Positions 1-11,782 are shown, counted from the stretch's first letter. The stretch is 54,394 nt of DNA from a virus (IMGVR_UViG_2541047847_000004), one strand, 5' to 3'. Translations and numbers: made by a program. The notes: generated by a model not told the origin, from the letters alone.

Positions 1-1209
1 ATGTCGGTTTTTCATAACTGGCTGCTTGATATCGCAAGCGGGAATTACTTTATCTACATCAAACGCCTTTCTGCAAACGACACTGGCGCAACAGGTGGCC
101 ATCAGGTCGGACTTTATATCCCCTCAAATATCGTTGAAAAGCTTTTTCCATCTATCAATCATACTCGCGAACTGAACCCTTCAGTCTTCCTTACTGCGCA
201 TGTATCATCCCATGATTGCCCTGATACCCAAGCACGCGCAATTTATTACAACAACCGTTATTTTGGTAAGACCCGAAACGAAAAAAGAATTACGCGCTGG
301 GGGAGAGGAAGTCCATTACAGAACCCTGAAAATACAGGAGCTCTCACAATTCTTGCTTTCAGGTTAAACGAACAGAACACTGACTGTTCCGAGGTAGATA
401 TATGGGTCTGCGTCAATCCCGATGAAGAGGATATCATCGAGTCTGCTATTGGCGAAATCATACCTGGAACCCTAATTTCCGGCCCTGCCGGACAAATTTT
501 GGGCGGATTGTCTCTTCAGCAAACTCCAGTAAATCATAAATATGTTATTCCTGAAGACTGGAAGAAGCGTTTTCCTTCTGGAAACGAAATTATTCAATAT
601 GCTGCTGGCCATTATGCTAAAAACTCCAAGGATCCAGATGAGCAACTGATTGACCGTCGGCGTGTCGAGTATGATATTTTTCTACTCGTCGAGGAATTAC
701 ATGTTCTTGATATTATTAAGAAAGGATTCGATTCTGTAGATGAGTTTATTGCATTAGCCAACTCTGTCAGTAATCGACGTAAATCAAGGGCAGGTAAATC
801 ACTTGAACTTCACCTAGAGAAGCTTTTTATCGAGCACGGACTACGGCATTTCTCCACTCAGGCAGTTACTGAAGGTAATAAAAAACCAGATTTCCTGTTT
901 CCTTCAGCAGAGGCATATCATAACGCTGAATTTCCTGTAGAAAACTTACGTATGCTGGCAGTAAAGACCACCTGCAAAGATCGCTGGCGTCAGATACTGA
1001 ATGAAGCAGATAAAATCCATCAGGTACATTTATTTACGCTGCAAGAAGGTGTTTCTTCAGCACAATACCGAGAAATGAAAGATGCGGGTGTCAGACTCGT
1101 TGTACCATCAACTTTACATAAAAAATACCCAGAAGCAGTTAGAGAAGAATTAATAACGCTCGGAGCATTCATTACTGAGCTGATAGAACTTTACACTGAA
1201 CTATCATAG
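1..1209 (+). CDS. ecoRIIR: Type IIE restriction endonuclease, EcoRII-like
   Basis: 402-aa ORF starting at base 1; N-terminus MSVFHNWLL...YIKRLSANDTGATGGHQVGLYIP matches my memory of EcoRII; convergent with a Dcm-like methyltransferase. Confidence 0.75.
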   Translation: MSVFHNWLLDIASGNYFIYIKRLSANDTGATGGHQVGLYIPSNIVEKLFPSINHTRELNPSVFLTAHVSSHDCPDTQARAIYYNNRYFGKTRNEKRITRWGRGSPLQNPENTGALTILAFRLNEQNTDCSEVDIWVCVNPDEEDIIESAIGEIIPGTLISGPAGQILGGLSLQQTPVNHKYVIPEDWKKRFPSGNEIIQYAAGHYAKNSKDPDEQLIDRRRVEYDIFLLVEELHVLDIIKKGFDSVDEFIALANSVSNRRKSRAGKSLELHLEKLFIEHGLRHFSTQAVTEGNKKPDFLFPSAEAYHNAEFPVENLRMLAVKTTCKDRWRQILNEADKIHQVHLFTLQEGVSSAQYREMKDAGVRLVVPSTLHKKYPEAVREELITLGAFITELIELYTELS

Positions 1210-1214
1210 GCTGA

Positions 1215-1237
1215 CTCCCGGCTTAAAAGGCCGGGAG
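1215..1237. terminator. GC-rich hairpin between the convergent R and M genes (possible bidirectional terminator)
   Basis: ctcccggc-ttaaaa-gccgggag inverted repeat in the 34-bp gap; no clear U-run on either strand. Confidence 0.35.
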
Positions 1238-1243
1238 GTGTTC

Positions 1244-2677
1244 TCAAGGCTGCCCAGTCTTACCAGCATCAGCAGAAACAGCTTTGAGGATATAGGGTTC
1301 CAGAAGTCTGGCAACGGCTTCAAATACTGGCACCACAACGGAGTTACCGAACTGCCGATATGACTGAGTATCTGAAACCGGAATACGGAATGGTTTCCCT
1401 CCAGGTTTTTCAAACCCCATAAGGCGTGCGCACTCTCGGGGAGTCAGCCTGCGTGGTCGACGAGCCTGGTTACTCTCATTCATAAAGTCAGCCTCTCCCG
1501 TTGCCATATCCCAACCACGATCAATAAGAATTTCTGATCCGTCTTTGTGATATCTGGCAGAAAGTGTGCGTGCAATGCTTTCCTTATTCTCAGGATTGAC
1601 CAACCCAAAGCCAAAACCATTCCCCTTGGCTGCATGCTTTTTGGCGTAGTTATAAAGGTACTCCCATAGTTTTGGCGTAAGTATATATTTACTGTCGACT
1701 ACAGGCTCCAGCAATTCACCAAATGATGGGCGGTGTTCCGGATAAAAACGACTGATATCACGCAAGGTAAACCCCTTGTGAATATTCAGATCTCGTCTAA
1801 ATCCGACCAGAACAATGCGTTCACGATGCTGAGGCAAAAAATGCTTCCCATCGATAATCTTTGGATCGTTTTTTCCCATTTCTGCAGCATCGGCAACTTC
1901 GTAGCCCAGCTCGTCAAGGGTCTCCATAATGACTTTGAAAGTTTTACCCTTATCATGGCTCTTCAGATTTTTGACATTTTCCAGCACAAAAATTGCCGGT
2001 TTTTTTGCTCGTATAATACGTGCCACGTCAAAAAAAAGTGTTCCTTGTGCTTCACATTCAAAACCATGCGCACGACCAAGTGAGTTTTTCTTACTAACAC
2101 CAGCAAGGCTAAATGGCTGGCACGGGAACCCCGCAAGAAGCACATCATGATCCGGCACATGCTCATCAATATATGCATAAGCATCCGTTTCCAATACATC
2201 GGTTTTATCACTCAGCGTGACTTCCCGAATATCGAGATTGAATTTATGCACCTGTTCATCGTTAAACCAGTTGGCCTTGTATGTACGCACAGCATCTTTA
2301 TTCCATTCACTGGTAAAAACACACTGACCTCCAATGGCCTCAAAACCTTTCCGTATCCCTCCAATTCCAGCAAATAAGTCAATGAAGCGGAAAGCATATT
2401 CCGGATGGTTTGCAGGTGGTTCTGGTAGCATCTTACGCAGAAGAGACTCTTCTACTGAAGTCAACGATTTTGGTAAACACTTGCCATTAATCCAGCGGTT
2501 AATGGTTTCACGGCTCCACTCATTTTTTCCGACTTTTCTCAGTAATTCAGCCACATACTTCTGATCATAGATTTCCAGCACTTTCTCGATAAGCTTTTTA
2601 TCATTTTCCTGTCGCAGCTTTTCTTCCGCCTCGGCTTCCTTCAGCAGATGCTGTGCCAACACTTCAAATTCAGACAT
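1244..2677 (-). CDS. ecoRIIM: DNA cytosine-5 methyltransferase (Dcm / M.EcoRII-like, CCWGG)
   Basis: Motifs [15 protein letters not shown] (motif I), GFPCQPFS (PC motif IV), ENVKNL (motif VI), strong resemblance to E. coli Dcm. Start moved to internal ATG at 2677 (GGAGGA Shine-Dalgarno upstream, gives 477 aa); ORF track start is 2719. Confidence 0.85.
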   Translation of the reverse strand: MSEFEVLAQHLLKEAEAEEKLRQENDKKLIEKVLEIYDQKYVAELLRKVGKNEWSRETINRWINGKCLPKSLTSVEESLLRKMLPEPPANHPEYAFRFIDLFAGIGGIRKGFEAIGGQCVFTSEWNKDAVRTYKANWFNDEQVHKFNLDIREVTLSDKTDVLETDAYAYIDEHVPDHDVLLAGFPCQPFSLAGVSKKNSLGRAHGFECEAQGTLFFDVARIIRAKKPAIFVLENVKNLKSHDKGKTFKVIMETLDELGYEVADAAEMGKNDPKIIDGKHFLPQHRERIVLVGFRRDLNIHKGFTLRDISRFYPEHRPSFGELLEPVVDSKYILTPKLWEYLYNYAKKHAAKGNGFGFGLVNPENKESIARTLSARYHKDGSEILIDRGWDMATGEADFMNESNQARRPRRLTPRECARLMGFEKPGGKPFRIPVSDTQSYRQFGNSVVVPVFEAVARLLEPYILKAVSADAGKTGQP

Positions 2678-2895
2678 AATTCCTCCAAGGGGTCTAATGG
2701 GTGAAACTTTATCACTCATTCAACCCAGAAGGAAATGTTTTATCTGGATATTTAAACAGTGACTACAACGTAATCTAGCACTGGTGATGCTTTGTTAGGC
2801 ATAGAGAATCATTCTATATACGACTAATGACAGAAAAACAGCAGACAAGTAGTTTGTTCATAAATTAACGCATACAACGTGCCTGCGGTTTTTGA

Positions 2896-3852
<957 letters not shown>

Positions 3853-3909
3853 GTCTTTAAGTGATAAGCATAAACCGCAGCACGATCTTGCATACGACGT
3901 GCTACGGTT

Positions 3910-4464
3910 TCATTTATCTCCGACCGGAAACTTCTTATACAGTGTCGATATACCAACATCATAGATGATCGCCACCTTCTGGCGAGGAACGCCTGATGCA
4001 ATTAATCGCCCGGCCTGCGCCCATTGTTCTGGTGTAAGTTTGGGACGACGTCCACCAATTCGTCCCTGTGCGCGAGCAGCTTCCAGTCCAGCTTTTGTTC
4101 GTTCAACAATCAGTTCTCGTTCCATTTCAGCCAGGGCACCCATCACATGAAAGAAAAAACGCCCCATCGGTGTGCTGGTATCAATAGCATCCGTCAGGCT
4201 GCGAAAATTAACGCCACGTTCGCGCAACTCCTCAACCAGAATGACCAGATGCCGCATACTACGCCCTAGCCGATCCAGCTTCCAGACAACCAGAGTGTCA
4301 CCTGCCGATAATGTCCTGAGCAGTTTTTTCAGTCCCGGCCTTTCGGACTTTGTACCGCTTATCTTGTCTTCAAAAATCAGCTCGCATCCTGCACAGTTCA
4401 GCGCATTACGTTGTAGATCTGTGTTCTGGTCATTTGTTGACACACGTACATAGCCAATAAGCAT
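3910..4464 (-). CDS. pin: Serine recombinase / DNA invertase (Pin/Gin/Hin family)
   Basis: MLIGYVRVSTNDQ... catalytic-Ser N-terminus and C-terminal HTH typical of Pin; start set to the ATG at 4464 (184 aa) rather than track start 4500. Confidence 0.9.
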   Translation of the reverse strand: MLIGYVRVSTNDQNTDLQRNALNCAGCELIFEDKISGTKSERPGLKKLLRTLSAGDTLVVWKLDRLGRSMRHLVILVEELRERGVNFRSLTDAIDTSTPMGRFFFHVMGALAEMERELIVERTKAGLEAARAQGRIGGRRPKLTPEQWAQAGRLIASGVPRQKVAIIYDVGISTLYKKFPVGDK

Positions 4465-4490
4465 GGTAGATCTCCCTGACAAAAGCAGGA

Positions 4491-5039
4491 ATGATGCCAT
4501 TTGCTCGTTATTTCTGCATTTTCATAAACGTTGGTTTGGGAGAAGGTTCAGCATTACCTGTTGGTGCACCTGTTCCGTGGCCTTCAGAGACACCTCCAAC
4601 AGGCTGGCTGAAATGCAATGGAGCAGCTTTTTCTGCTGAAGAATATCCGGAACTGGCAAAGGCTTACCCGACAAATAAATTGCCTGATTTACGTGGTGAG
4701 TTTATTCGTGGCTGGGATGATTCTAGAGGGATTGATACGGGGCGTTCATTGCTAAGTGGTCAGGCTGCAACATTTATTCGTACAGCTTTGCAGGATTATT
4801 ACGGTTACGATCTGAATACTAATGTCAAAGTAGGTATCGCTTTTGCTACTGCTGATTCTGTTATAACCGTTGGAAACCCAGCTAATCCTAAAGCAGGAAA
4901 TAATAGCGATTATGTTCCTGCATCAGCAGATAACTCCATAATGGGTACTCAAAGGACAGCGGAGGATAATTTTACCGGGGCATGGATATCAATGCGCCCT
5001 CGTAACCTTTCATTTAATTACATCGTGAGGGCTGCATAA
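4491..5039 (+). CDS. Alternative tail-fibre C-terminal cassette (StfE-like), silent in the current orientation
   Basis: Encodes NVGLGEG... directly from the crossover site; lacks its own N-terminal fibre part; the track start at 4491 lies outside the segment so the real coding portion begins near 4546. Confidence 0.55.
   Translation: MMPFARYFCIFINVGLGEGSALPVGAPVPWPSETPPTGWLKCNGAAFSAEEYPELAKAYPTNKLPDLRGEFIRGWDDSRGIDTGRSLLSGQAATFIRTALQDYYGYDLNTNVKVGIAFATADSVITVGNPANPKAGNNSDYVPASADNSIMGTQRTAEDNFTGAWISMRPRNLSFNYIVRAA
4526..4545. repeat. Left inversion crossover site (pix/gix-like)
   Basis: aaacgttggtttgggagaag is the reverse complement of the 6418-6438 site (19 of 20 positions). Confidence 0.65.
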
Positions 5040-5641
5040 TGGATAATGCCGTATTAAATAGCGAGTTTATTGCCACGAAGGCGGGGGATATTACTGTCTA
5101 TAATTATAATGGTGAAACACGAGAATATATTTCCACATCAACTGAATATCTTGCTGTTGGTGTCGGTATTCCGGCATGTTCCTGTTTAGATGCACCAGGA
5201 ACATATAAAGCTGGTTATGCCATCTGCCGCTCTGCGGATTTAAACTCATGGGAATATGTGCCAGACCATCGCGGAGAAATCGTCTATAACACCGAAATGG
5301 GAGACGCCAAAGAAATCACAACTCCGGGTGATTACCCCGAAAATACAACCACTATCGCCCCATTAACGCCATACGATAAATGGGATGGTGAGAAATGGGT
5401 GACCGATACTGAGGCACAGCATCACGCCGCAGTAGACGCGGCAGAAGCACAGCGTCAGTCACTGATTGATACTGCAATGGCTTCCATTAGTCTGATTCAA
5501 CTGAAATTACAGGCTGGGCGGAAGCTGATGCAGGCAGAGACCTCCCGACTTAACACTGTGCTGGATTACATTGACGCGGTGACGGCAACAGATACCAGCA
5601 CCGCGCCGGATGTCATCTGGCCTGAACTGCCGGAGGAGTAG
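5039..5641 (+). CDS. tfaE: Tail fibre assembly protein (TfaE-like)
   Basis: 200 aa, follows the StfE-like cassette; typical Tfa N-terminus and C-terminal ...TSTAPDVIWPELPEE. Confidence 0.65.
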   Translation: MDNAVLNSEFIATKAGDITVYNYNGETREYISTSTEYLAVGVGIPACSCLDAPGTYKAGYAICRSADLNSWEYVPDHRGEIVYNTEMGDAKEITTPGDYPENTTTIAPLTPYDKWDGEKWVTDTEAQHHAAVDAAEAQRQSLIDTAMASISLIQLKLQAGRKLMQAETSRLNTVLDYIDAVTATDTSTAPDVIWPELPEE

Positions 5642-6053
5642 GCCATTCAATATCTGGCGCACTGGAAGTATCGACCAGCTCCAGTGCGTCCAGATAATCC
5701 AGCCACAAATTATATTGCGCCAGTTCCTCACCTTTCAGACGACCAATAGCCGCTTTACCAGCCCATTGTTTACTGTTCATATAATCGTTGGCCTGATTAA
5801 TCAATTGCTGCTTTTTCAGTTCGGCTGCAGCAATCTGTTCCTCATGTGTTGGTGGTGGAATTTCAGACCATGCAGGAAAACCATTTTCTCCAGCGATACG
5901 GATTTTTCCTTTCGGCGGTAATCCGGAAAACTCAATATACACTTGCTCATCAACTTCAACAGCATCATCTGGCCATGAGTCAGCTTGCGTGTAATCCTCT
6001 TTCATCTCCAAGGGATAGAAAGAGTTTGTAGTCGCGGAATATATGTAATTCAT
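5613..6053 (-). CDS. tfaP: Tail fibre assembly protein (TfaP-like)
   Basis: 146 aa downstream of the expressed fibre gene; 3' end overlaps tfaE convergently (5613-5641). Confidence 0.6.
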   Translation of the reverse strand: MNYIYSATTNSFYPLEMKEDYTQADSWPDDAVEVDEQVYIEFSGLPPKGKIRIAGENGFPAWSEIPPPTHEEQIAAAELKKQQLINQANDYMNSKQWAGKAAIGRLKGEELAQYNLWLDYLDALELVDTSSAPDIEWPTPPAVQAR

Positions 6054-6079
6054 TTTTCACTCCATAAAGTTAAAAGAAA

Positions 6080-6721
6080 TTAACACCCTAATGCGAAAAA
6101 TGAAGCACCGATACCGGGTACGCCTGCTCTGGAAATAAATTTCACCGGGTCCTGGTTATAACCGGCACAAGCTATATAGCCAACATTTGCACTGCCGGGA
6201 GTGTAATCCTGAGTCGCAAATACCCGCAGACATCTATTCGGAAATGCAATCGGAAAATAGGTTACTGTGTCCTGAGACGTCAGCGGAACATCAATTGGCC
6301 CCCATTGAATAATTAAACCGGATGGCAATTTTTGATATCCAGGAACTGAAGCAGAAAGCATAAAACTACCCATATCAGGTATCTGATTCGCCCCTGTCCC
6401 TACATTTCTTTTAGCCGCTTCTCCCAAACCAAGGTTTTCGAGAGCCGTTTTCACGGTGCCATCCGATTTGATATCGTCAAACGGATTCTTGCGGCTTAAC
6501 AGCAGCGCACGAAGCGCGGTAAGCAGCTGGTCATGCCGCCCCTTCTCCAGGCTGGCACCGGATGCCTCCACCACGCCACAAAGCTCTTCCTGCAACATGT
6601 CAAAGTAGTCATCATCCAGATCGGTGGCAGGCGTGCCAGTCTGGGGGTTACCACGGGTAAAACCGTTCTTACCCGCGCCGAACTTATCCTTCTGCGCGGT
6701 TTTCGTGTCTATACGATGCAT
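6080..6721 (-). CDS. stfP: Side tail fibre protein (StfP-like); C-terminal ~113 aa lie inside the invertible segment
   Basis: 213 aa; the crossover site encodes ENLGLGEA at the constant/variable junction. Confidence 0.7.
   Translation of the reverse strand: MHRIDTKTAQKDKFGAGKNGFTRGNPQTGTPATDLDDDYFDMLQEELCGVVEASGASLEKGRHDQLLTALRALLLSRKNPFDDIKSDGTVKTALENLGLGEAAKRNVGTGANQIPDMGSFMLSASVPGYQKLPSGLIIQWGPIDVPLTSQDTVTYFPIAFPNRCLRVFATQDYTPGSANVGYIACAGYNQDPVKFISRAGVPGIGASFFALGC
6418..6438. repeat. Right inversion crossover site
   Basis: cttctcccaaaccaaggtttt, inverted copy of 4526-4545, located inside stfP. Confidence 0.65.
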
Positions 6722-6724
6722 GGA

Positions 6725-7309
6725 TTACTCCGGATATTTAAAAATTACGTAGGTATGCGACGGGCAGAGTTTGTTAAGCACACACTCGACAACGGTGTCA
6801 CCCCAGATACGCAGTGCGGAATCACAGGGATCGCCACATGTCATCCAGGTGGTGTTGGTGGTGGTTGGCATGTTGACCTGCCAGTAATACCGCCATTCCG
6901 GCGCATTCACCGCGTCAGTACAGGCCGATGAGCAGGTGAACGTGCTTTTGTCGTATCGCGTGATGGTGGCATCTGGTCTGCCCAGGGCAGCAAGCTGTGC
7001 AAGATAAAAATCCTCGTTGATGCCGCCCGCCAGGTTAACCTTCGCATCCAGCCGTTGCTGACGCTGGCGAAGGGTCTGCGTTCCCGCCGGAATACATTCA
7101 TCCGGCAGACCGCACAGACGCTCCCAGCGGTTTATCAGTTCAGTGGTGGTGCGCGGATCCAGCTCCCGCATCAGGGCATCCGCACGCTGATGAACACGGG
7201 TTAATGACGGTGCCGCACCGGCAATCGCCGGATCGCTGGCTGACCACGCCGGACCAGGCGGCAACAGTGCCGATAACAGGCGGATGTAATCATCGTTTGT
7301 CACGTCCAT
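6725..7309 (-). CDS. Phage tail protein (YmfQ / Mu gp48-like)
   Basis: 194 aa immediately upstream of the tail fibre gene, same length and position as e14 YmfQ. Confidence 0.6.
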   Translation of the reverse strand: MDVTNDDYIRLLSALLPPGPAWSASDPAIAGAAPSLTRVHQRADALMRELDPRTTTELINRWERLCGLPDECIPAGTQTLRQRQQRLDAKVNLAGGINEDFYLAQLAALGRPDATITRYDKSTFTCSSACTDAVNAPEWRYYWQVNMPTTTNTTWMTCGDPCDSALRIWGDTVVECVLNKLCPSHTYVIFKYPE

Positions 7310-8358
7310 GAAATCGTCCCCAGTACCGCCAGTTCGTTTTTCGCAATGGAGATATTGTCCACCGGTGCAAGCAACTGATGGCTGTATTCCCCGTTCGCAC
7401 CGGAAATCGCCTCACTGATACGCGATACCTTCAGTTCTCCCTGCGGATAACCATCACGCAGCAGGAACGAACGCAACTCCGCGGTAATGGCAGCCCGTAT
7501 TTCCGGTGTGTCCGGCGTCACGCGGATATGAAAATCCACCGTATGTGCCACCGGCCTGAATACATACAAATCAGAGCCTGCCACCGGGGCCAGTGGCCCG
7601 ATATGTTGTCTTGCTGCCGTTTCCGTTGATTCTTCCGGAATGGGATTAATCAGGTCACTGCTGGCAATCATCACACCGACAGTTCCCGTTCCCATCCAGT
7701 GACGGTATGTCCATGCGCGGGTAATGCCGGGCACTTCTTTAGCCCAGACGACATAGTCCCCGTCAGCCCCGCCCTGAGGCGTCCAGTAATACCGCTCAAT
7801 GACGCGGGCGCGCCACGTTTCCAGCTCTTCAGTATCAAATCCACCTGTCAGGGTATCTGCCACGCCGGAAGACGGCAGACCATTAACCGGCGTGACCAGG
7901 ATTAATGACGTACCGTCGTCAGCGTTACCGACCGCGCCTGCACTTGAGCAGGCGATCGGCACGCGCAGGACACCACCGGAGCTGGTTGCATCGGCAGTTG
8001 CCGTGTACTGAACCAGGTCATCGCGCTGAATAACACTCCCGGCGGTCACCTTCAGGCCATCGCTGACACCTTCCCAGCGCATATACCCGCTGGCAGCCGT
8101 GGCCCCCTTGCGCGGACACCGTTTCATCGCAGCATGTCGCGCCAGCCAGGACTCATCGCACAGGTCAGGCAGCATGTTCATTGCCAGATAATCGATGTAC
8201 CCGTAAACCGTATGCAGCGCCGCCGCATACACCTTTGCCCGCACGTCTTCATCCATGCGCCGGAGCGTGTCGCTGACGTCCAGCCTGGCGAATAAATCGT
8301 TACGGAGCATACTGATATTTTCTGCCAGCGTCGGGCGCTGAAATTCACTGTCCGCCAT
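7300..8358 (-). CDS. Baseplate J-like protein (Mu gp47-like)
   Basis: 352 aa in a conserved Mu-like baseplate gene order. Confidence 0.7.
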   Translation of the reverse strand: MADSEFQRPTLAENISMLRNDLFARLDVSDTLRRMDEDVRAKVYAAALHTVYGYIDYLAMNMLPDLCDESWLARHAAMKRCPRKGATAASGYMRWEGVSDGLKVTAGSVIQRDDLVQYTATADATSSGGVLRVPIACSSAGAVGNADDGTSLILVTPVNGLPSSGVADTLTGGFDTEELETWRARVIERYYWTPQGGADGDYVVWAKEVPGITRAWTYRHWMGTGTVGVMIASSDLINPIPEESTETAARQHIGPLAPVAGSDLYVFRPVAHTVDFHIRVTPDTPEIRAAITAELRSFLLRDGYPQGELKVSRISEAISGANGEYSHQLLAPVDNISIAKNELAVLGTISWT

Positions 8359-8773
8359 GCGTTATCGCACTCCACAGATCATCAAAAGAAATCATTACCG
8401 GTCCGTCACGACGCCAGAGAGTGATACTGTTACCCAGTTCATTAATCCCGGTGCGGCGGATATCCAGATCAATACGGGACACCACGCCGTCATCAATCAT
8501 CCATTGCAGGCATTCGCGGATATACCCCCTTACTGTCTGCACCAGCTGATTGGTCAGTTTGCTGCGCTGAAGCAGCCACAGTCGGGAGCCGTAACGGTCA
8601 TTCTGTACCGCAGGCCAGGTATCCCCCCACCATCCCATCGGGACGTCGGCATTGTCATCAGGCTCCGCCCGCCGCCAGGTGAACAGGGAAATCACCACAG
8701 CGCGGGTCAGCGGCTCCAGCGGTGCGCTGGCGCAGGTGCGTTTACCGTTCATCGTCAGCCACAGTTCCATCAT
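8345..8773 (-). CDS. Baseplate protein (Mu gp46-like)
   Basis: 142 aa between the baseplate spike and baseplate J genes; synteny-based. Confidence 0.55.
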   Translation of the reverse strand: MMELWLTMNGKRTCASAPLEPLTRAVVISLFTWRRAEPDDNADVPMGWWGDTWPAVQNDRYGSRLWLLQRSKLTNQLVQTVRGYIRECLQWMIDDGVVSRIDLDIRRTGINELGNSITLWRRDGPVMISFDDLWSAITHGGQ

Positions 8774-9318
8774 GCCTCCATCGCTTTATCAGGTTTGTCG
8801 GTGTTACTGCCCTGACCGTTCTCTCTGTGACGATGCCCGTTATAGGCAAGCCGCATCGCTGACATGGTGGTGCCGCCGGAGTCGCACAGGTCTTTCACCT
8901 GTCCGGTCACTTCCAGGTCCATTTCAAAACGTGCTCTGGGCGCATTACGAAACGTGATCGTTTTACCTGCACCGTCCACCACGATACCCGCCCGGGTCAG
9001 CGTCACGGACTGCCCCTGATCGTCATAGACAGCCACCTCACCCGTCTGCAGCCCTTTCAGGCGGTAGCGCCGGTCCGACACCGTAACAACCACCGCATGA
9101 GAACGGTCGCCATCCGGAAACAACACCACCGCTTCCGCACCGCTGTTTGCCCTTGCGGTAAAACCGTAGGGTTCAAGATGTTCAACCCCGGCTTTGGGTT
9201 CACCGGCAATCAGGAACACATCCACGGTCTGACATTTCGTGGCGGCACTGATGCTTTTCACCACGGCCCGCCCAATCAGGCCGAGGAGTTGTCGCTGCAT
9301 GGCTTCAATCGTCCTCAT
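8770..9318 (-). CDS. Baseplate assembly protein V / spike (Mu gp45-like)
   Basis: 182 aa, position and size consistent with gpV-type spike. Confidence 0.6.
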   Translation of the reverse strand: MRTIEAMQRQLLGLIGRAVVKSISAATKCQTVDVFLIAGEPKAGVEHLEPYGFTARANSGAEAVVLFPDGDRSHAVVVTVSDRRYRLKGLQTGEVAVYDDQGQSVTLTRAGIVVDGAGKTITFRNAPRARFEMDLEVTGQVKDLCDSGGTTMSAMRLAYNGHRHRENGQGSNTDKPDKAMEA

Positions 9319-10397
9319 CAGAACGGGTCCTCCTGTACTCTGGCTTTTTTCTTTTTCCGCGCGCCGGGGGCTTCGGGTTCAGGCAGATAAGCATCAGGTG
9401 GGCCGACACGGATTTCCGTCAGGGTGCCGTTCTGGTCCTGAGTAAACGTGACTTCCGAGACAAGCAGTTCGGTATTGTCGAAACCACAGACCGGATCGAA
9501 GACAATCACCCGCTGGTTGGGCTGCCACAGCGTACCGTTACCCTGTCGCCAGCCCTGCACCACATAGGTGGTTTCATCCGTCCGCGCCGCCCGTTGTCGG
9601 GCTTCAAAGTCAGCACGCGCAATACAGCCTGCCCCCGTAGCCTGCCCTGTCTGCCTGATATACATCGGACGATAACGGGCAATAAATGCGTCCTCTGTGC
9701 GGGCCCGCAGCGCAGTTGTGGTGGCCTCACCGAAATCATCGTCGTTTCCGGCACGCTGCCCCGCCACCTGGTAAACAGAAAACCGCTCCCGGATACTCTT
9801 CTCCGTATCGCAGGAAAGGATGTTTTCCCCGAGTACCAGCGCGGTATGTGCCCGCGTTGAGCCAATACCGCCAATCACCAGCCTGCCGTGCGGGTCGTCA
9901 TAAGCCAGCGCCTGCTGCTGACCGAGTATTTTGTTAATCACCTCGATCACCGTTTCACCGTGATCAGGCTGGACATCAGGAATAACACCCGACGGCGCAC
10001 CGCTGTTCACCACCTCAATGCCGAAGGGCGCAGCAAGCGCCTGCGCAATCTGTACCAGTGATCGTCCGTTAAACTGTGTCGGTTCGGCTGCACAATCAAT
10101 CAGGTCAGCGGTCAGACTGCGTCCGGCAATACCGGTGCTGACCGAACGGGCATCGTAACGAACGGGCGTCGCCTCCACCCAGCCGGTGATCACCAGCTCA
10201 TCACCAATCAGCACCTCCACTTTTGAACCGTTTTTAATGCGCGGCTGAAGCGTGGTGATACCCTCATCACCCGGCCACTGGCGGGTGATCTCCACACTGA
10301 AATCCCGCGCCAGTCGTTCAACACCGGCACCGATGCGCACCGATGTCCAGCTATTCCACTCCCGGCCATTTACCCGTAGCGTGACATTGTCGTTCAT
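9318..10397 (-). CDS. Baseplate hub / tail protein (Mu gp44 P-like)
   Basis: 359 aa following the DNA circularisation protein gene. Confidence 0.6.
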   Translation of the reverse strand: MNDNVTLRVNGREWNSWTSVRIGAGVERLARDFSVEITRQWPGDEGITTLQPRIKNGSKVEVLIGDELVITGWVEATPVRYDARSVSTGIAGRSLTADLIDCAAEPTQFNGRSLVQIAQALAAPFGIEVVNSGAPSGVIPDVQPDHGETVIEVINKILGQQQALAYDDPHGRLVIGGIGSTRAHTALVLGENILSCDTEKSIRERFSVYQVAGQRAGNDDDFGEATTTALRARTEDAFIARYRPMYIRQTGQATGAGCIARADFEARQRAARTDETTYVVQGWRQGNGTLWQPNQRVIVFDPVCGFDNTELLVSEVTFTQDQNGTLTEIRVGPPDAYLPEPEAPGARKKKKARVQEDPF

Positions 10398-11764
10398 TGC
10401 ACTGGCACCTTCAGAGGGATCACCGGCACAAAGCCGGGATGCGTAATGGCATTACGCCGGATAATGTCCGCATCACGCGCCGCGTTATCAAACCAGGTCG
10501 CCGCCAGCACCAGCGCGGGTAAAACCTCATCCGGTGTGCGCTGAATGATCCGTGCAGACTGTTCAAGGCGCGTGTTGATATCCGCATTCAGATCTGCTTT
10601 CACCCGGCGCAGTGCCAGAAACAGCGCATCACTGGTTGTACGGGACAACTCCTTATCAATTGCCGTATTCAGTGTGTCGCGAATGTCAGTCAGTTCTTCC
10701 CACGTTGGCAGGTCAACCGTGTTTTTCACCGCCGGTGCATTGTTCAGTGCCGGATGCGTGACAGAAGGCCAGCCGGTGCTCTGCGCGGGTGTTGTTGACT
10801 GCCCCACTGTGGCATTCTGCATCACCGCGGAAGTTGTGGGCGCAGGCAATCGTGTGACGGCATACGCCGCTTCGCTGATTGCGGTAGTACGAAGGGTGCT
10901 GGCAACCACGTTACGCTGCTGCGTCGCCGTGGCGGTGGTTTTACTGTCCGTTTTCCAGACGCCGCGCGGTTGCAGATCGCTGCCGAGGCTGACACCGGAA
11001 AGCGTTTTGATCATGGTGACCAGGTCGCTGGCGTTACCATAAAGGCGTTTCCCGGTACGCCACATTTTCTGCACCTGCTCAACGAAATTTTTGCCTGACG
11101 ATGGTGGCGGCAGAAGTACCGAGATATCCCCCTGCAACAGCCTGGCAGCATCCGATACGGCAGAATCCACCACTTTCATCGCATCAGAAACATACCCAAG
11201 CATTGTGCTGGCATTACCGATAACGTCGTTCTGCACAAAATCCGCCACGCCATCGATACTGAAACCGCTGAAGCTGTCACTGATGCAGTCATCCAGTGCA
11301 GAACAGGATGACATCAGCGTCTGCGCCGTCGCCGCACCTGATGTGGGGTAAGAGAGTTCTCCCGCTTCGACAAACTTCAGGTCAAAGCGGACAATACGCC
11401 CTTCACTCTTCGATGTGCTGACCCGAACCTCTCCGTCAACACAGACTTTCAGCTCACCGTAAGTCGGATGGACAAGCGTGCCGGGACCGGGTTTATTCAG
11501 CGCGTCAATCAGGCGATCGCGCTGGTCAAAGCAGTCATCTCCCACCACATAAGCCGTGATGGACGGGCGGAAAGTGATTTTCCCCAGGTCTTCGGTATAG
11601 GGTTTGTCGCGGTTCGGGTATTCGTGCGTTTCCACACGACGACCGGTTCCCGCACTTTCTTCTTCAACCTTAAACGGCACACCGCGAAATGACGCGTCCT
11701 GAAGTCTGTCTTTCCACGTCATATAAACTCCGTACATAAAAAATCCCACCGGAGTGGGACTCAT
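10394..11764 (-). CDS. DNA circularisation protein N (Mu gp43-like)
   Basis: 456 aa after the tape measure gene; alternative start at 11722 (GGAG + 5 nt) would leave a hairpin + T-run at 11743-11765 as an intra-operon terminator. Confidence 0.55.
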   Translation of the reverse strand: MSPTPVGFFMYGVYMTWKDRLQDASFRGVPFKVEEESAGTGRRVETHEYPNRDKPYTEDLGKITFRPSITAYVVGDDCFDQRDRLIDALNKPGPGTLVHPTYGELKVCVDGEVRVSTSKSEGRIVRFDLKFVEAGELSYPTSGAATAQTLMSSCSALDDCISDSFSGFSIDGVADFVQNDVIGNASTMLGYVSDAMKVVDSAVSDAARLLQGDISVLLPPPSSGKNFVEQVQKMWRTGKRLYGNASDLVTMIKTLSGVSLGSDLQPRGVWKTDSKTTATATQQRNVVASTLRTTAISEAAYAVTRLPAPTTSAVMQNATVGQSTTPAQSTGWPSVTHPALNNAPAVKNTVDLPTWEELTDIRDTLNTAIDKELSRTTSDALFLALRRVKADLNADINTRLEQSARIIQRTPDEVLPALVLAATWFDNAARDADIIRRNAITHPGFVPVIPLKVPVQ

Positions 11765-11782
11765 TAACAGATTAATTTTTCA

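Larger units (their letters stand above)
4526..6438. other. Invertible DNA segment (tail-fibre host-range switch) bounded by inverted crossover sites
   Basis: Inverted repeats at 4526-4545 and 6418-6438 share CTTCTCCCAAACCAA(C/G)GTTT; segment contains two oppositely oriented fibre C-terminus/assembly gene pairs; pin is adjacent. Confidence 0.7.

Noticed and set aside
1733-2564. Several + strand ORFs inside the Dcm-like gene
   Set aside because: Overlap a CDS with unambiguous C5-methyltransferase motifs on the opposite strand.
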